Below are positions 60,301 to 64,000 of a stretch of 64,000 nt of DNA, piece after piece; the first letter of the stretch is position 1; each line of letters begins with the position of its first letter. A model generated the notes under the pieces. The model did no database searches, was not told the DNA's origin, and worked only from the letters and a program-made list of their open reading frames with translations. Source of the DNA: Mobula hypostoma (lineage: Eukaryota); contig NC_086097.1 in the NCBI RefSeq assembly GCF_963921235.1, positions 182,468,001-182,532,000 on the forward strand, read 5' to 3'. A program made the translations under genes and the position numbers.

Positions 60301-63300
60301 AGAGTGTGGTGTGATTGAGACCAGGGTGAGTGTGGTGTGATTGTGAGACCAGGGTGAGTGTGGTGTGATTGAGACCAGGGTGAGTGTGGTGTGATTGTGA
60401 GACCAGGGTGAGTGTGGTGTGATTGTGAGACCAATGTGAGTGTGGTGTGATTGAGACCAGGGTAAGTGTGGTGTGATTGTGAGACCAGGGTGAGTGTGGT
60501 GTGATTGTCAGACCAGGGTGAGTGTGGTGTGATTGAGACCAGGGTGAGTGTGGTGTGATTGTGAGACCAGGGTGAGTGTGGTGTGATTGTGAGACTAATG
60601 TGAGTGTGGTGTGATTGAGACCAGGGTAAGTGTGGTGTGATTGTGAGACCAGGGTGAGTATGGTGTGATTGAGACCAGGGTGAGTGTGGTGTGATTGTGA
60701 GACCAGGGTGAGTGTGGTGTGATTGAGACCAGGGTGAGTGTGGTGTGATTGTGAGACCAGGGTGAGTGTGGTGTGATTGAGACCAGGGTGAGTGTGGTCT
60801 GATTGTGAGACCAGGGTGAGTATGGTATGTTTGAGACCAGGGTGAGTGTGGTGTGATTGTGAGACCAGGGTGAGTGTGGTGCGATTCAGGCCAGGGAGAG
60901 TATGGTGTGATTCAGACCAGGGTGAGTGTGGTGTGATTGCGACCAGGGTGAGTGTGGTGTGATTGTGAGACCAGGGTGAGTGTGGTGTGATTGTGAGACC
61001 AGGGTGAGTGTGGTATGTTTGAGACCAGGGTAAGTGTGGTGTGATTGTGAGACCAGGGTGAGTGTGGTGTGATTGAGACCAGGGTGAGTGTGGTGTGATT
61101 GTGAGACCAGGGTGAGTGTGGTGTGATTGTGAGACCAGGGTGAGTGTGGTGTGATTGAGACCAGGGTGAGTGTGGTGTGATTGTGAGACCAGGGTGAGTG
61201 TGGTGTGATTGAGACCAGGGTGAGTGTGGTGTGATTGTGAGACCAGGGTGAGTGTGGTGTGATTGTGAGACCAGGCTGAATGTGGCGTGATTGTGAGACC
61301 AGGGTGAGTGTGGTGTGATTGTAAGACTGGGATGATTGTGGTGAGATTGAGACCAATGTGTGCACTTGTGAGACCAGAGAGAGTGTGGTCTGATTGTGAG
61401 ACCATGGTGAATGTGGTATGATTGAGACAAGGTTAAGTGTGGTGTGATTGTGAGACCAGGGTGATTGTGGTGTGATGGTGAGACTGGGGTGATTGTGGTG
61501 AGATTGAGACCAACTTGAGTGTGTGTGATTGTGACACCAGAGTGCGTGTGGTGTGATTGTGAGACCAGGGTGAATGTGGTGTCATGGAGAACAGGGTGAA
61601 TGTGGTGTGATTGTAAGACCAGGGTGAGTGTGGTGTGATTGAGACCAGGGTGAGTGTGGTGTGATTGTGAGACCAATGTGAGTGAGGTGTGATTGATACC
61701 AGGGTAACTGTGGTATGATTGTGAGACCAGGGTGAGTATGGTGTGATTGAGACCAGGGTGAGTGTGGTATGATTGTGAGACCAGGGTGAGTGTGGTGTGA
61801 TTGTGAGACCAGGGTGAGTGTGGTGTGATTGAGACCAGGGTGAGTGTGGTCTGATTGTGAGACCAGGCACAGTGTGGTATGTTTGAGACCAGGGTGAGTG
61901 TGATGTGATTGAGAGACCAATCAGAGTGTGGTGTGATTGAGACCAGGGTGAGTGTGGTGTGATTGTCAGACCAATCTGAGTGTGGTGTTATTGAGACCAG
62001 GGTGAGTGTGGTGTGATTGTGAGACCAGGGTGAGTGTGGTGTGATTGTGAGACCAATGTGAGTGTGGTGTGATTGAGACCAGGGTAAGTGGGTGTGATTG
62101 TGAGACCAGGGTGAGTGTGGTGTGATTGTCAGACCAGGGTGAGTGTGGTGTTATTGAGACCAGGGTGAGTGTGGTGTGATTGTGAGACCAGGGTGAGTGT
62201 GGTGTGATTGTGAGACCAATGTGAGTGTAGTGTGATTGAGACCAGGGTAAGTGGGTGTGATTGTGAGACCAGGGTGAGTGTGGTGTGATTGAGACCAGGG
62301 TGAGTGTGGTGTGATTGTGAGACCAGGGTGAGTGTGGTATGATTGAGACCAGGGTGAGTGTTGTGTGATTGTCAGACCAATCTGAGTGTGGTGTGATTGA
62401 GAGTCCAGGGTGAGTGTGGTCTGATTGTGAGACCAGGGTGAGTATGGTATGTTTGAGACCAGGGTGAGTGTGGTGTGATTGTGAGACCAGGGTGAGTGTG
62501 GTGCGATTCAGGCCAGGGAGAGTATGGTGTGATTCAGACCAGGGTGAGTGTGGTGTGATTGCGACCAGGGTGAGTGTGGTGTGATTGTGAGACCAGGGTG
62601 AATGTGGCGTGATTGTGAGACCAGGGTGAGTGTGGTATGTTTGAGACCAGGGTAAGTGTGGTGTGATTGTGAGACCAGGGTGAGTGTGGTGTGATTGAGA
62701 CCAGGGTGAGTGTGGTGTGATTGTGAGACCAGGGTGAGTGTGGTGTGATTGTGAGACCAGGGTGAGTGTGGTGTGATTGAGACCAGGGTGAGTGTGGTGT
62801 GATTGTGAGACCAGGGTGAGTGTGGTGTGATTAGAGACCAGGGTGAGTGTGGTGTGATTGTGAGACCAGGGTGAGTGTGGTGTGATTGAGACCAGGGTGA
62901 CTGTGGTGTGATTGTGAGACCAGGGTGAGTGTGGTGTGATTGTAAGACTGGGATGATTGTGGTGAGATTGAGACCAATGTGTGCACTTGTGAGACCAGAG
63001 AGAGTGTGGTCTGATTGTGAGACCATGGTGAATGTGGTATGATTGAGACAAGGTTAAGTGTGGTGTGATTGTGAGACCAGGGTGATTGTGGTGTGATGGT
63101 GAGACTGGGGTGATTGTGGTGAGATTGAGACCAATGTGAGTGTGTGTGATTGTGAGACCAGAGTGAGTGTGGTGTGATTGTGAGACCAGGGTGGGTGTGG
63201 TGTGATTGAGACCAGGGTGAGTGTGGTGTGATTGTGAGACCAGGGTGAGTGTGGTGTGATTGAGACCAGGGTGAGTGTGGTGTGATTGTGAGACCAATGT

Positions 63301-64000
63301 GAGTGTGGTGTGATTGAGACCAGGGTAAGTGTGGTGTGATTGTGAGACCAGGGTGAGTATGGTGTGATTGAGACCAGGGTGAGTGTGGTATGATTGTGAG
63401 ACCAGGGTGAGTGTGGTGTGATTGTGAGACCAGGGTGAGTGTGGTGTGATTGAGACCAGGGTGAGTGTGGTGTGATTGTGAGACCAGGGTGAGTGTGGTA
63501 TGTTTGAGACCAGGGTGAGTGTGGTGTGATTGAGAGACCAGGGTGAGTGTGGTGTGATTGAGACCAGGGTGAGTGTGGTGTGATTGTCAGACCAGGGTGA
63601 GTGTGGTGTGATTGAGACCAGGGTGAGTGTGGTGTGATTGTGAGACCAGGGTGAGTGTGGTGTGATTGTGAGACCAATGTGAGTGTGGTGTGATTGAGAC
63701 CAGGGTAAGTGTGGTGTGATTGTGAGACCAGGGTGAGTGTGGTGTGATTGTGAGACCAGGGTGAGTGTGGTGTGATTGTGAGACCAGGGTGAGTGTGGTG
63801 TGATTGTGAGACCAGGGTGAGTGTGGTGTGATTGTGAGACCAATGTGAGTGTAGTGTGATTGAGACCAGGGTAAGTGGGTGTGATTGTGAGACCAGGGTG
63901 AGTGTGGTGTGATTGAGACCAGGGTGAGTGTGGTGTGATTGTGAGACCAGGGTGAGTGTGGTGTGATTGAGACCAGGGTGAGTGTGGTGTGATTGTGAGA
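24400..64000. repeat. Large satellite array of 26-bp (GAGACCAGGGTGAGTGTGGTGTGATT) and 28-bp (GT-extended) monomers, about 1,450 copies, running off the window end
   Basis: Directly visible; single orientation, no interrupting TE or unique sequence seen. Copy number estimated as 39.6 kb / about 27 bp. Confidence 0.98.

Noticed and set aside
24225..63843. Dozens of long minus-strand ORFs (up to 1215 aa) rich in His/Thr/Ser/Pro
   Set aside because: Canonical monomers have no stop codon in any minus-strand frame, so ORFs overlap in all three frames. The 26/28-bp indels switch frame freely, stops arise only from sporadic variants, and starts are mostly TTG. No sign of coding constraint.
24400..64000. 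Telomeric or interstitial telomeric array, or immunoglobulin switch region
   Set aside because: No (TTAGGG)n runs, only a GGGTGAG resemblance; no AGCT/GAGCT pentamer density and no Ig exons.

Overview
Eukaryotic (vertebrate) genomic DNA. The CR1, Rex-Babar and HE1/V-SINE-type repeats suggest a cartilaginous fish, which is an inference. The only host coding sequence I can support is three consecutive phase-0 exons on the minus strand (19362-19252, 18704-18516, 17895-17824) of an IQ-motif/AAA dynein-regulatory-complex gene (IQCA1/DRC11 or paralogue IQCA1L). No other exon is recognisable, so the rest of the window is probably intronic. Bases 1-13.55 kb are nested and inverted, decayed CR1 LINEs plus a Rex-Babar 3' end and SINE fragments. 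Bases 13.7-14.1 kb are a unique, motif-dense island with an RFX X-box (candidate enhancer). Several strand-asymmetric minisatellites surround the exons. From about 24.4 kb to the window end lies a >39.5-kb satellite of 26/28-bp monomers with higher-order structure (about 1.62-kb period distally, a 4266-bp-offset duplication). Its long His/Thr/Ser/Pro ORFs are by-products of the repeat. I see no evidence for a new protein-coding system; the best leads are regulatory and structural.
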